Source: Nitrospirota bacterium (GTDB lineage: Bacteria > Nitrospirota > UBA9217). Taken from it: 64,000 nucleotides of DNA. The notes beneath the pieces are model-generated. The model was not told the origin of the DNA and made no database searches. It saw only the letters and a program-made list of their open reading frames with translations. The stretch lies in NCBI GenBank assembly GCA_029858565.1, contig JAOUEV010000002.1:32001-96000 (forward strand). Direction: 5' to 3'. Of this stretch, positions 10,232-18,291 are shown in pieces (positions within the stretch are counted from its first letter, which is position 1; every line of letters starts with the position of its first letter). Made by a program: the position numbers and the translations under genes.

Positions 10232-10444
10232 TCATGACCCCCACGTGGTGGTCCACTTGAGAAAGAGCAGGACCCAGGGCGTAAGATGCAGGAACAGGTC
10301 GAACCAGTCGATGGGCCGCTTGAGCGTGCCGTTCTTGAGCATCACCAGCTTTTCCCAGAGATGGGGCGGGGCAAAGGGCGCGAGGCCGAGGGTCAGACAG
10401 AGGAACACGAACATGGCCCAGGGTTGTTCCGCAATGTAGTGCAT
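10232..10444 (-). CDS. small two-helix membrane protein (70 aa, LGLAPFxPPHLWEKL type)
   Basis: GGAGG RBS and TTCCCG-17-TATAAT promoter before ATG 10444; two hydrophobic segments; TLGLAPF..PHL.EKL..L..G.L.RPIDWFDL.LH pattern of a widespread small-protein family. Confidence 0.8.
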   Translation of the reverse strand: MHYIAEQPWAMFVFLCLTLGLAPFAPPHLWEKLVMLKNGTLKRPIDWFDLFLHLTPWVLLFLKWTTTWGS

Positions 10445-10539
10445 GATGGCCTCCGTTAAGCTATTATACCGCGCCGGCGGAAAACCGGGAAAGGAAAAAC
10501 CTGTTCGCGCGAGACGATCTTGACTTGAGGGTTCACAGT

Positions 10540-10977
10540 ATGAGCGAAAATACCGAAAAAGCACTTGCCACATTTCTCGACGGTTTCTCCTGAGCACAGG
10601 CGATCCTGTCCGTGTACGGGGAGCGGTCCGGTCTGGACCGTGAAACAGCATTGCGCATTGCCGGAGCTTTCGGCGCCGGACTGGCCAGGACCGGACAGAC
10701 CTGCGGGGCAGTCACCGGTGCGCTTATGGTCATCGGGCTGCATCACGCCAAATTGAAGAAAGGCGATGACGACGGCCGCGAGCGCGCCTATGCTCTTGCC
10801 CAGGAGTTCATGGACGCGTTCAAGGCACGGAACCGGTCGCTGGTCTGCAACGAGCTTCTGGGCGTTGATGTGAGCATGGTCGAGGGAATGAAGGCGGTCC
10901 GCGAAAAGGACCTGTTCAGGACGGTCTGTCCCAAATTCGTCAGGGACGCAGGGGAAGTGCTGGAAGAGCTTGTCTGA
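10540..10977 (+). CDS. C-GCAxxG-C-C family putative redox selenoprotein (145 aa, U18)
   Basis: ATG 10540 reads MSENTEKALATFLDGFS-TGA-AQAILSVY in frame with ORF 10612..10977 (GQTCGAVTG, SLVC, VCPKFV); the TGA aligns with the family's first Cys (F..GYNCAQ); hairpin downstream. Confidence 0.88.
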
Positions 10978-10988
10978 TCGTTGCGGCC

Positions 10989-11633
10989 TTACCCCCCGTT
11001 TTTTGAAAGCCTTTCAAAATCTTTGCCCAATTCACTCCAGTCCTGTTCCTGCAGGTTCATGATCCGTTCCTTGATGCGTTTTACCGCTTTGGCAACATCC
11101 TTTTCTTTTTCCAGTTCATAGAACGAACGAACCGCGGCAAAGGCCCGGTCAGTATAGTCCGGTATCGGCACCAGCACGTCGTCACGCCGGGAATAATAGG
11201 GGTCTTCACCGGGCGCGCAGGCCGCGGCGAAGACATTATATTGCCGGCAGGCAATAGGCCTGACCGCATGGACCGAGCAGGCGCGGTCCACCAGGAAGGG
11301 GCAGGGGTCGTTCCTGCGATGGTCACTGCATCGGCGGAGCACAGTTGAGCGCGCGGCTTTGTCAAGCTTCTCGAATATATACCACCGCAGTCCGGGCAGC
11401 TCATGGGGGTAGAGCGGAATATCTGGCTGATGGCAGCAGACATCGCAGCCCGGTGAACAAGCGAGTTTTTGCTTTCGCTTTTTCTCCCGGTCCCGGACAG
11501 CCACAGCGACACCTGTGTCAATGATGGCATAGCTGTCGAGCAGGGCCGGCAGCCATGAAAGGCGCTGTTCGTCCCCGGGGAAGTGCTGCCTCCGGGAGAG
11601 GCCGGATGATGATTTGCCGGAAGGTGTTTTCAT
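10989..11633 (-). CDS. YkgJ family cysteine-cluster protein
   Basis: CSPGCDVCC...CPFL...CSVHAVRPIACR motif; probable start MKTP at 11633. Confidence 0.85.
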   Translation of the reverse strand: MKTPSGKSSSGLSRRQHFPGDEQRLSWLPALLDSYAIIDTGVAVAVRDREKKRKQKLACSPGCDVCCHQPDIPLYPHELPGLRWYIFEKLDKAARSTVLRRCSDHRRNDPCPFLVDRACSVHAVRPIACRQYNVFAAACAPGEDPYYSRRDDVLVPIPDYTDRAFAAVRSFYELEKEKDVAKAVKRIKERIMNLQEQDWSELGKDFERLSKNGG

Positions 11634-11855
11634 AGGACAGTGTTTGAGCTTGCTTGCTCGCTCCTGAACAATAACATGGCTGTTTGAAAAAGACAACGGG
11701 GTGAAACTTTTGATGTATGATCGGGGCAGATATGGTCAGCAGTGCAACGCCGTATTGCTCCTCCTAACCGTTGAGAGACAGAAAAACCCTTCAAAAGCTC
11801 TCAGGCCGGAGTGGGTTGCGCAGCGGTGCTATACTTAAAATAACAGGAGGCGAAT

Positions 11856-12275
11856 ATGATGGAATTGATCCTTGGTATAGGAGTAGGCGCCTTTGTCATC
11901 TATTCGGGATTCAATATCGCCTATCTCGTCAGCATGAGGAGGACGAGCGAACGATTGGGCGAGCTCGTACGGAATTCCGAGGGAAACTTGAACAGGACCC
12001 TGGAGGGGCTTGCGAGCACGCTGGAGAATCTGCGCACGATCAGCGGCAATGTCAGCGACGTGACTGAGGATGTCCGGCAGATATCGCAGACCGTCGCGAA
12101 TGTGGAGCGGGTCATGCGTGAGTCTCTTGTTCAGATGCAGGAACGCTTCGGTGACGCAGCCGAGGCGAATATTGCCGGACTGAGGGCCGGCATCACCACG
12201 GGAGTGGCAGCACTGGTAAGGAATCTCCAGGAAGAAAGGAGGGATGATCATGAAAGAGGAACTGGTAAAACGTGA
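11856..12275 (+). CDS. DUF948/YoxC-like membrane-anchored coiled-coil protein
   Basis: N-terminal TM helix then heptad coiled coil; paired with a YtxH gene; AGGAGG RBS. Confidence 0.75.
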   Translation: MMELILGIGVGAFVIYSGFNIAYLVSMRRTSERLGELVRNSEGNLNRTLEGLASTLENLRTISGNVSDVTEDVRQISQTVANVERVMRESLVQMQERFGDAAEANIAGLRAGITTGVAALVRNLQEERRDDHERGTGKT

Positions 12276-12531
12276 ACGCTCGATCTGGGTCCCCTTCCTC
12301 ATCGGCAGTGCGGTAGGGGCGGGCGTGGCGCTGCTGCTTGCGCCCAAGTCCGGGAAGGAGCTCCGCAAGGATATCAAGGACATCGCGGGCTCGACCCGGG
12401 ACAGGATCTCGACGACCGTTGAAAAGGGCAGGGAAATATATGATGAGAGCCTGACCGCGGTCAAGGATGCAGTCGAAGCAGGGAAGATGGCATACATTCA
12501 GGAGCGGGAGAAACATCTGAAAGCCGCATGA
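12244..12531 (+). CDS. YtxH domain protein
   Basis: FLIGSAVGAGVALLLAPKSGKELRKDI signature. Confidence 0.9.
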   Translation: MIMKEELVKRERSIWVPFLIGSAVGAGVALLLAPKSGKELRKDIKDIAGSTRDRISTTVEKGREIYDESLTAVKDAVEAGKMAYIQEREKHLKAA

Positions 12532-12540
12532 ATGATGCTG

Positions 12541-12575
12541 AGAGCGCGTTGGGCAGCGAGCGACGCGCTCTTTCT
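12541..12575 (+). terminator. probable terminator hairpin
   Basis: AGAGCGCGTTG...CGACGCGCTCT stem plus TTCT between convergent genes. Confidence 0.6.
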
Positions 12576-12607
12576 GTGTCCCGGCACCGGTCAGGCACCG
12601 GGCCATC

Positions 12608-14083
12608 CTAGATCCGCAGCAGCGTTGGATCGGTGTGGGGGATGAACACGGCTCCCCGGAACTCCTTCATGAACTCCGGGTCATCATGCATGTGCTTGTA
12701 GGTGATCCGCTCGATGAGAGCGCTGGCGCGTTCGGCCAGCGACGCGTCCTCGAGCAGCATGCGGCAGCCTGCGAGGGATGTGTTGCCCAGTGCCTGCACC
12801 TGTTCAGCGGGCCAGGCGGGAACCATGCCGATCGCGGCCGCTTTTTTGACATTGATGCCGGTCCCGAGCGCGCCGGAAACGTATACCCGCGCAATATGGC
12901 CGAAGGATACGCCGACGGAGCGCGTGAGCGTCAGGAGCAGTGTGAACATGGCTGCCTTGGACCGCAGGAAGTTCTGTATCTCCCCCTGAGTGATCTTGAG
13001 CGGGCTTCCGCCGCCGCAGGACAGGGTCAAGGTCCGCTCGCCATCCGCCACGGATACCTGCTCGCCGTCCCGCAGAACGCCGGTCTGATCGATCATGCCT
13101 GCCTGGTACAATTCGTAAACAAGACTGATCATGCCCGAACCGCAGATGCCTTCCGGTTCCGCATTGTCAAAGGTACTGCAGGTGACCGCTCCTCCGGAGA
13201 TCGTCAGGTCGTAGATGATGCCCGTTGTCGCCCGTTTCCCGATCCGCGATATCCCTTCCTCCAGCGCCGGTCCGGCGGCTCCCGCGCCGACGATCATCCA
13301 GTCACTGTTCCCGATCACGATCTCGGCGTTGGTGCCTACGTCGACGAGCAGTTGTATGTCCGTTGAGCGGTCCATGTCCGCCGCGATGATGCCTGCGGTG
13401 ATGTCCCCGCCCACGTAGCTTCCGGCGTTCGGAAAAGCGTAGATAACGCCTTCCGGGCAGATCCTGATCCCGAGGTTAGAGGCGGTCCGGAAGCCCGGAT
13501 CACGCACCACCGGGGTGAATGGGGCGACCGGTATCGTGGCCACATCGAGCCCGAGGAAAAAATGGGTCATGATCGTGTTGCCCCCAACGACCAGCGCGTG
13601 TATGTCCTCGGTGTTGATCCCGGCCATGCGGCAGAGGCCGGAGACCAGTTCATTGACGCCGTTCTTCAGGACACGGTAGACCTCTTCGCCGTTCCCGGTC
13701 ATGGTGTGGTGGAGCCGGGTAAGGACATCGCTTCCAAAATCTATCTGGGGATTCTCGACGGTTCTCGCTGCCACGTCCTTTGCCGCGAGGTTGTCATAGA
13801 GAAGACCCGCGAGGTTCGTGGTGCCGATATCGAGCGCCACGGAATAGGAGCGCTCCCGGCCGATGTCGATCAGCCGCGGGACCCCGAATGCGCTGCTGAT
13901 GATGCAGGAGAACGGCCGCCCGCGCTTTATGACCGCGGCCGACTTCCGCAGGACCGCAAGGGGTATGTGCAGACCGGGGAGTCCCAGGCTTTCCCGCAGC
14001 CGCTGGTCATGGGCACGGCGGTCGGAATCCGTGGCCCGGGGAAGCGAGATCGATTGGGAATATATAAGGGGCTGCGTAGGCAT
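12608..14083 (-). CDS. ASKHA/RACo-type (DUF4445) ATPase, corrinoid reductive-activator homolog without the N-terminal 2Fe-2S domain
   Basis: ALDIGTT, NPQ..FGSDV.TR, SYVGGDI, VDVGTNAEI, AAGPALE, GICGSG, LGNTSLAG motifs. Confidence 0.88.
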   Translation of the reverse strand: MPTQPLIYSQSISLPRATDSDRRAHDQRLRESLGLPGLHIPLAVLRKSAAVIKRGRPFSCIISSAFGVPRLIDIGRERSYSVALDIGTTNLAGLLYDNLAAKDVAARTVENPQIDFGSDVLTRLHHTMTGNGEEVYRVLKNGVNELVSGLCRMAGINTEDIHALVVGGNTIMTHFFLGLDVATIPVAPFTPVVRDPGFRTASNLGIRICPEGVIYAFPNAGSYVGGDITAGIIAADMDRSTDIQLLVDVGTNAEIVIGNSDWMIVGAGAAGPALEEGISRIGKRATTGIIYDLTISGGAVTCSTFDNAEPEGICGSGMISLVYELYQAGMIDQTGVLRDGEQVSVADGERTLTLSCGGGSPLKITQGEIQNFLRSKAAMFTLLLTLTRSVGVSFGHIARVYVSGALGTGINVKKAAAIGMVPAWPAEQVQALGNTSLAGCRMLLEDASLAERASALIERITYKHMHDDPEFMKEFRGAVFIPHTDPTLLRI

Positions 14084-14148
14084 AGGTCTCTGCGGTAGTG
14101 AACAATACCATGGGCAGGTCGGAATGGCAAGGAGATGAGACGGGGACT

Positions 14149-15798
14149 CTAGTCTTTAAAGCAGAAAGGGTCCTTTTCGGAGAAAATATCAAGACCGCTG
14201 CTTTTGGCTACGGCAAGGCAGCCCCCGCAGGCGATGCGGACGTCGCATCCACTGCAGGACGAAGGTCCGAGACGGTATCTCTGTGCAGCATCGGAGTCAT
14301 AGATCTCGCCGAGTGTTCGTTCGCGGATGTTCCCGATCGGTGACGGCAGCTTCCTGCAGGCATGCACCTCGCCGTCGGCAAGAAGGGTCACGAAGTTAAA
14401 GGCCGCTCCGCAGCCGTAGCCCGTGCATCCGCCAAAGAGGTCCATTCCCCGTTCGCGCAGGAGGACATTGATCAGGTTGTCCTTTGTGCCCATGACCGGA
14501 TTGGTCTCCGCCGCGGTGAGGTACTCTTCCAGGAAGCGGCGGTACCCGTTCCGTTCCGTCATGGCCAGGTTCGCGCCTTCTCCAAAGAGCGCCAGCCGGT
14601 TGAAATGGAAGGCATCGGTCCGGTCCCGGAGCGCCTCGGCAAGCGGGAGGACCTGGTCCCGGTTCCCGCTGGTGAGCGTCAGCATGACCATGGAGGAGAC
14701 CTTGAGCTCCTTCAGGAGATCGAGAAAATCCATGATGCGGTCGAAGTGGCCTGCGCCGCGGATGCCGTCATTGTGTTCCCGCAGCCCTTCGAGGCTCACC
14801 TGGAAGAACGAAGGCATGGCGATCGACAGGATCTCCTCAAGGCGCCGGCGGGGCGCGGGATTGCCCAGTATGGCCAGTCCGAAGTTGCGGTCCGCGGCGG
14901 CCCGGTAGATCTCCAGAAAATTCGGATGGAGAAGGGGATTGCCGCCGGTGAAGGAGACCGCGCCCTGAACATTCCGTGACCTGCAGAAGGCCCGCAGATC
15001 ATCGAGCACCCGCAGCGCGTTGTCGAGCGCGAGCGGAGAGCGGTCGCTCCGGTCGTAGCAATGCTTGCAGTGGAGATCGCAGACCTGGGTGATGTGCCAC
15101 TGGAGCGTGAACGACGGCGTGGACAGGAACTCGGCGTCACCGTCCCTCCGGCTGGTGAACACCGAGGGGTCTCTCCGGAGCAGTGACTGCGGGGCCAGGA
15201 CAAAGCCCTGCCGAACGGCCCGCTCGATCGCTCCGTCAACAGCGCCGATCGGAAGGCCCCCTTCGGCGGCGACCGCCTCGGACGGGATCTCCTCAAGGAC
15301 CATCTTAAGCACCAGCAGGTCCTCGTTCGTTGCCTGCCGGGCCCGCGGTCTGCCGGAGCGGGGATCGAACCAGAGCAGCAGCCGTTCCGGGGTCTCTTCA
15401 GGAGAAGCCGCGGCGCTCTCCGGGTTGGGTTCGAGAAAGCCGGCAAGACCGGACCAGCCCAGGCTGGGAACAGCCACCGTGGGATTGGCAGTGAGCCGGT
15501 CAACGTTGACCGGGATGCTGTCCGCCCGCTCGCTCAGGAGCGCATAGGCCCGTTCAAGCCGGATGAGCTCCGCAAGGTAGTCAGGGTCGGCGCCGGAGCC
15601 GGAGTCCCTGACAGCGGACAGGAGGGCATCGGGATCAGCGCTGCCCGCGCAGCGGTTGAGGGCCTGTTTCCATCTCGCGGGGCCGATGATGCGCTGTGTG
15701 GCGGCGTAGGCGGTCGGGCCCATGTGTTTGTTCGGGGTCATAGGGTCCTGAAAATTATAATCCCGGGCAGGATATTTGTCCATGCCCGGGATCATCAA
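14149..15798 (-). CDS. sbtM: thio(seleno)oxazole RiPP radical SAM/SPASM maturase, SbtM family (start uncertain, 15723-15798)
   Basis: TLQWHITQVCDLHCKHCYDRS (CxxxCxxC), FTGGNP, GGCTGYGCGAAFNF and SPASM CSGC..CGGC...DPFCF; directly downstream of an SbtA-like peptide. Confidence 0.88.
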   Translation of the reverse strand: MMIPGMDKYPARDYNFQDPMTPNKHMGPTAYAATQRIIGPARWKQALNRCAGSADPDALLSAVRDSGSGADPDYLAELIRLERAYALLSERADSIPVNVDRLTANPTVAVPSLGWSGLAGFLEPNPESAAASPEETPERLLLWFDPRSGRPRARQATNEDLLVLKMVLEEIPSEAVAAEGGLPIGAVDGAIERAVRQGFVLAPQSLLRRDPSVFTSRRDGDAEFLSTPSFTLQWHITQVCDLHCKHCYDRSDRSPLALDNALRVLDDLRAFCRSRNVQGAVSFTGGNPLLHPNFLEIYRAAADRNFGLAILGNPAPRRRLEEILSIAMPSFFQVSLEGLREHNDGIRGAGHFDRIMDFLDLLKELKVSSMVMLTLTSGNRDQVLPLAEALRDRTDAFHFNRLALFGEGANLAMTERNGYRRFLEEYLTAAETNPVMGTKDNLINVLLRERGMDLFGGCTGYGCGAAFNFVTLLADGEVHACRKLPSPIGNIRERTLGEIYDSDAAQRYRLGPSSCSGCDVRIACGGCLAVAKSSGLDIFSEKDPFCFKD

Positions 15799-15842
15799 AA
15801 GGGTGCTCTGTTACGTGTCTGGTGGTGTCTTCTGCTCGTTTG

Positions 15843-15860
15843 ATAGTGCGACCGCACTAT
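15843..15860 (-). promoter_or_regulatory. SECIS-like hairpin overlapping the sbtA stop codon
   Basis: Perfect AUAGUGC-GGUC-GCACUAU stem-loop; loop begins 21 nt after the third UGA and has the same GGUC as the fdh SECIS. Confidence 0.75.
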
Positions 15861-16051
15861 TTCTTGGTGCCGCCTCAGCTGCCGCCGGGCGCCTTTTCGC
15901 CGCCTCAGCCGCTCTTGGCAGGGGCATGCTGAGCGTCACCTTTTTTACCGCCTCAACCTGAAGCGCAGCCGCCAGCCATGAGGCTGGTGCCCGCCAGGAG
16001 ACCGGCAACGCCGAGCCCCGCCAGGAACTTTTTCAGATCCTGTGCGTCCAT
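15857..16051 (-). CDS. sbtA: SbtA-family RiPP precursor, 64 aa with 1 Cys and 3 Sec
   Basis: AAAGGAGG RBS; reads MDAQDLKKFLAGLGVAGLLAGTSLMAGGCASG-U-GGKKGDAQHAPAKSG-U-GGEKAPGGS-U-GGTKK-TAG; TGAs at 15953-55, 15905-07, 15875-77. Confidence 0.85.
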
Positions 16052-16207
16052 AGGACACCTCCTTTCCCCTAGGGTGCTGAATCTACCTGCCCCGATGTGC
16101 AGGATGCTCGATAGAAAAAGGATATCAGCATGCGCCTGCGGAGTCAAGGAAGGTATTTCCCGACGGCCCCGCTCCCGCGGATCGCGGCGATGAGGTATAA
16201 TGAAGAC

Positions 16208-16846
16208 ATGAAAACTCTTATAACCATAGGAATGCTCGGGCTTGCGCTGGGAGGTATGACCATGGCTTTCGCTGATGACAGGACCAAGGCCGCAGGCGCT
16301 CCTGCGGTGAAGCTTGAAAAAGCGACCGTTGCGGGCGGATGCTTCTGGTGCATGGAGCCGCCGTTCGACAAGTTGAAAGGCGTGATATCGACCACCTCGG
16401 GATACACGGGTGGCAGCACAAAGGACCCGAAGTATGAGGAAGTGTCAGCGGGAATGACAGGCCATGCCGAAGCAGTGGAGATCCTGTTCGATCCCGGCCG
16501 GATAACCTACGGGGAGATCCTCGATGTGTTCTGGCGGAACATCGATCCGACGGTGAAGAACCGTCAGTTCGTGGATTCGGGAAGCCAGTACCGGACCGCC
16601 ATCTTCTATCACAATGAAGAACAGCGGCGGATCGCCGAGGACTCGAAAAAACAGCTGGCAGCATCGGAAAAATTCCAGGGGAAGACCATTGTAACGGAGA
16701 TCGTTCCCGCGGGCACTTTCTATCCTGCCGAGGAATATCACCAGGACTATTACAAAAAGAGTCCGACGCGATACAAGTTCTATCGCTTTAATTCCGGCCG
16801 CGATCTGTACCTTGACAGGATCTGGGGCAAGGACCGCGAAAAGTGA
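16208..16846 (+). CDS. msrA: exported peptide-methionine (S)-S-oxide reductase
   Basis: AGGCFWCME, SGYTGG, GHAEAV, QYRTAIFY, FYPAEEYHQDYY; signal peptide from ATG 16208. Confidence 0.95.
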   Translation: MKTLITIGMLGLALGGMTMAFADDRTKAAGAPAVKLEKATVAGGCFWCMEPPFDKLKGVISTTSGYTGGSTKDPKYEEVSAGMTGHAEAVEILFDPGRITYGEILDVFWRNIDPTVKNRQFVDSGSQYRTAIFYHNEEQRRIAEDSKKQLAASEKFQGKTIVTEIVPAGTFYPAEEYHQDYYKKSPTRYKFYRFNSGRDLYLDRIWGKDREK

Positions 16847-16911
16847 GTCCGGCAGGAACGGGTGGCATCGTCTTGACGAAGAGGTCCGCAGTTCACTATA
16901 CTTCTTCCATC

Positions 16912-17439
16912 ATGGGAAAACGGTTGGCGATCGTTCTTGCCCTCGTAGGGATACTGCCCGCTCTTGTTGGCGACGCTATTGCTGCGGCCGACGACCGGAG
17001 GGTGGATGACATGTTCTGCGAGGGCAGTATGAGACTCTCTCTGCTCCTGGGGGGTGGACGGGCCTTTGACCAGGATTACCGTGTATACGGTATAGGCGTT
17101 GGATATTATTTCATCGACGGGCTGGAGGCGGGCCTTGAGGCCGAGACCTGGCAGGGCGCTCACCCGGGGATCAGGCGGGTCAGTCCTCAGGCCATGTACG
17201 TATTCCCCCTCGGTTCCCAGGTACGACCGTATCTTGGCGCATTCTATCGAAGAACATTTGTCCAGGACTACAAGAACCTCAGCGACGCCGGCGGCAGGGC
17301 AGGGATTCTGTTCCCTGTGGGCAGGTCTGCGTACCTGGGAGTGGGGGGTGTATACGAACAGCACATTGCCTGCGACCGTATTGTGTATGAATCCTGTTCA
17401 GAATCCTATCCCGAACTCACTATAGCCATTATCTTTTAA
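16912..17439 (+). CDS. putative small outer-membrane beta-barrel protein
   Basis: Signal peptide, amphipathic Gly/Tyr-rich beta strands, C-terminal Phe; TTGACG-18-TATACT promoter before ATG 16912. Confidence 0.65.
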   Translation: MGKRLAIVLALVGILPALVGDAIAAADDRRVDDMFCEGSMRLSLLLGGGRAFDQDYRVYGIGVGYYFIDGLEAGLEAETWQGAHPGIRRVSPQAMYVFPLGSQVRPYLGAFYRRTFVQDYKNLSDAGGRAGILFPVGRSAYLGVGGVYEQHIACDRIVYESCSESYPELTIAIIF

Positions 17440-17722
17440 GCAGTTCCGCTTGCCGCAGTTCAAATTATCATGATAAAACAAAGCGCTTCACGGTTTTATC
17501 CATGAGCACTCCTGCTCCAAGGCCCTGAAGGTTCAGTCCAGAACACCGGGTTGTCTCATGGGGATAAATAGTAGTAGCGTACATGCAGTTTAAAGGTGTA
17601 TAATATTAGTTCTAAGGGCTGTAACATAGTAATTTCAATGAGTTCTAAAAACAGCCTCTTGAGCAGTTCCAGCGGGTGCAATATTAATCCGAAATGTTTT
17701 CATGTAGTTACAAGGAGGGCCT

Positions 17723-18121
17723 ATGCAGGAGACCTATTCGGCAGGTTCGTCAATCGTTTCCCAGTGCACAAAATGCAAGATCAGCCTCGACCATACGGTC
17801 GTTGCCATGGCCGGTGAAGTGGTCGCCAAGGTCAAATGCAGGACCTGCGGCAGTACGCATAAATTCCGTGATCCAGCAGCGGTCAAAAAGCCGCGTGTGA
17901 GCCGCAAGAAGTCAACCGAACCGCCCGCCTCAGCGCTGTGGCAGGCATGCCTTGCCCAAGCCCGGGGTAAAGAGCTGGTCTATGCCATGACCGGACGGTA
18001 CCGCGTGGGCGACATCCTCATCCACGACAAGTTCGGCAAGGGCGTGGTCCGGAAACTGGCCATGAACAAATGCCACGTGGTGTTCGAGGACAAGGAACGA
18101 CTCATGGCGTCTGCGAACTGA
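17723..18121 (+). CDS. conserved hypothetical protein, Zn-ribbon plus Tudor/CarD-like C-terminus
   Basis: CTKC...CRTC and YRVGDILIHDKFGKGVV; AGGGAGG RBS; terminator downstream. Confidence 0.8.
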   Translation: MQETYSAGSSIVSQCTKCKISLDHTVVAMAGEVVAKVKCRTCGSTHKFRDPAAVKKPRVSRKKSTEPPASALWQACLAQARGKELVYAMTGRYRVGDILIHDKFGKGVVRKLAMNKCHVVFEDKERLMASAN

Positions 18122-18160
18122 TCGGGAAACGATCCCGGACATTCTCTGTTCATCCAATTT

Positions 18161-18194
18161 AAAAAGCCTGATCTCATGATCGGGCTTTTTTATT
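18161..18194. terminator. bidirectional Rho-independent terminator
   Basis: AAAAAGCCTGATC-TCAT-GATCGGGCTTTTTT. Confidence 0.85.
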
Positions 18195-18226
18195 ATTCGC
18201 GGTCATCTCGATAAGGCCGGATCATC

Positions 18227-18289
18227 ATGCTGCTCTACGTTGCCACCATCTGTCTAAGCGCGTTCCTGCTGTTCCAGGTCCAGCTGATG
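18227..18289 (+). pseudogene. N-terminal stub of a fused MFS/spermidine synthase gene
   Basis: MLLYVATICLSAFLLFQVQLM matches the recalled N-terminus (LYALTIFLSAFLLFQVQP) of that family; similarity ends at the convergent ABC ATPase stop. Confidence 0.6.
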
Positions 18290-18291
18290 TC

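Noticed and set aside
15811-16008. 65-aa alternative-frame ORF over sbtA
   Set aside because: No RBS or recognisable motif; the TGA read-through frame has a strong RBS, the family leader and repeated cores.
16208-16846. MsrA as a selenoprotein
   Set aside because: The active site is encoded by TGC codons (GCFWC); no in-frame TGA.
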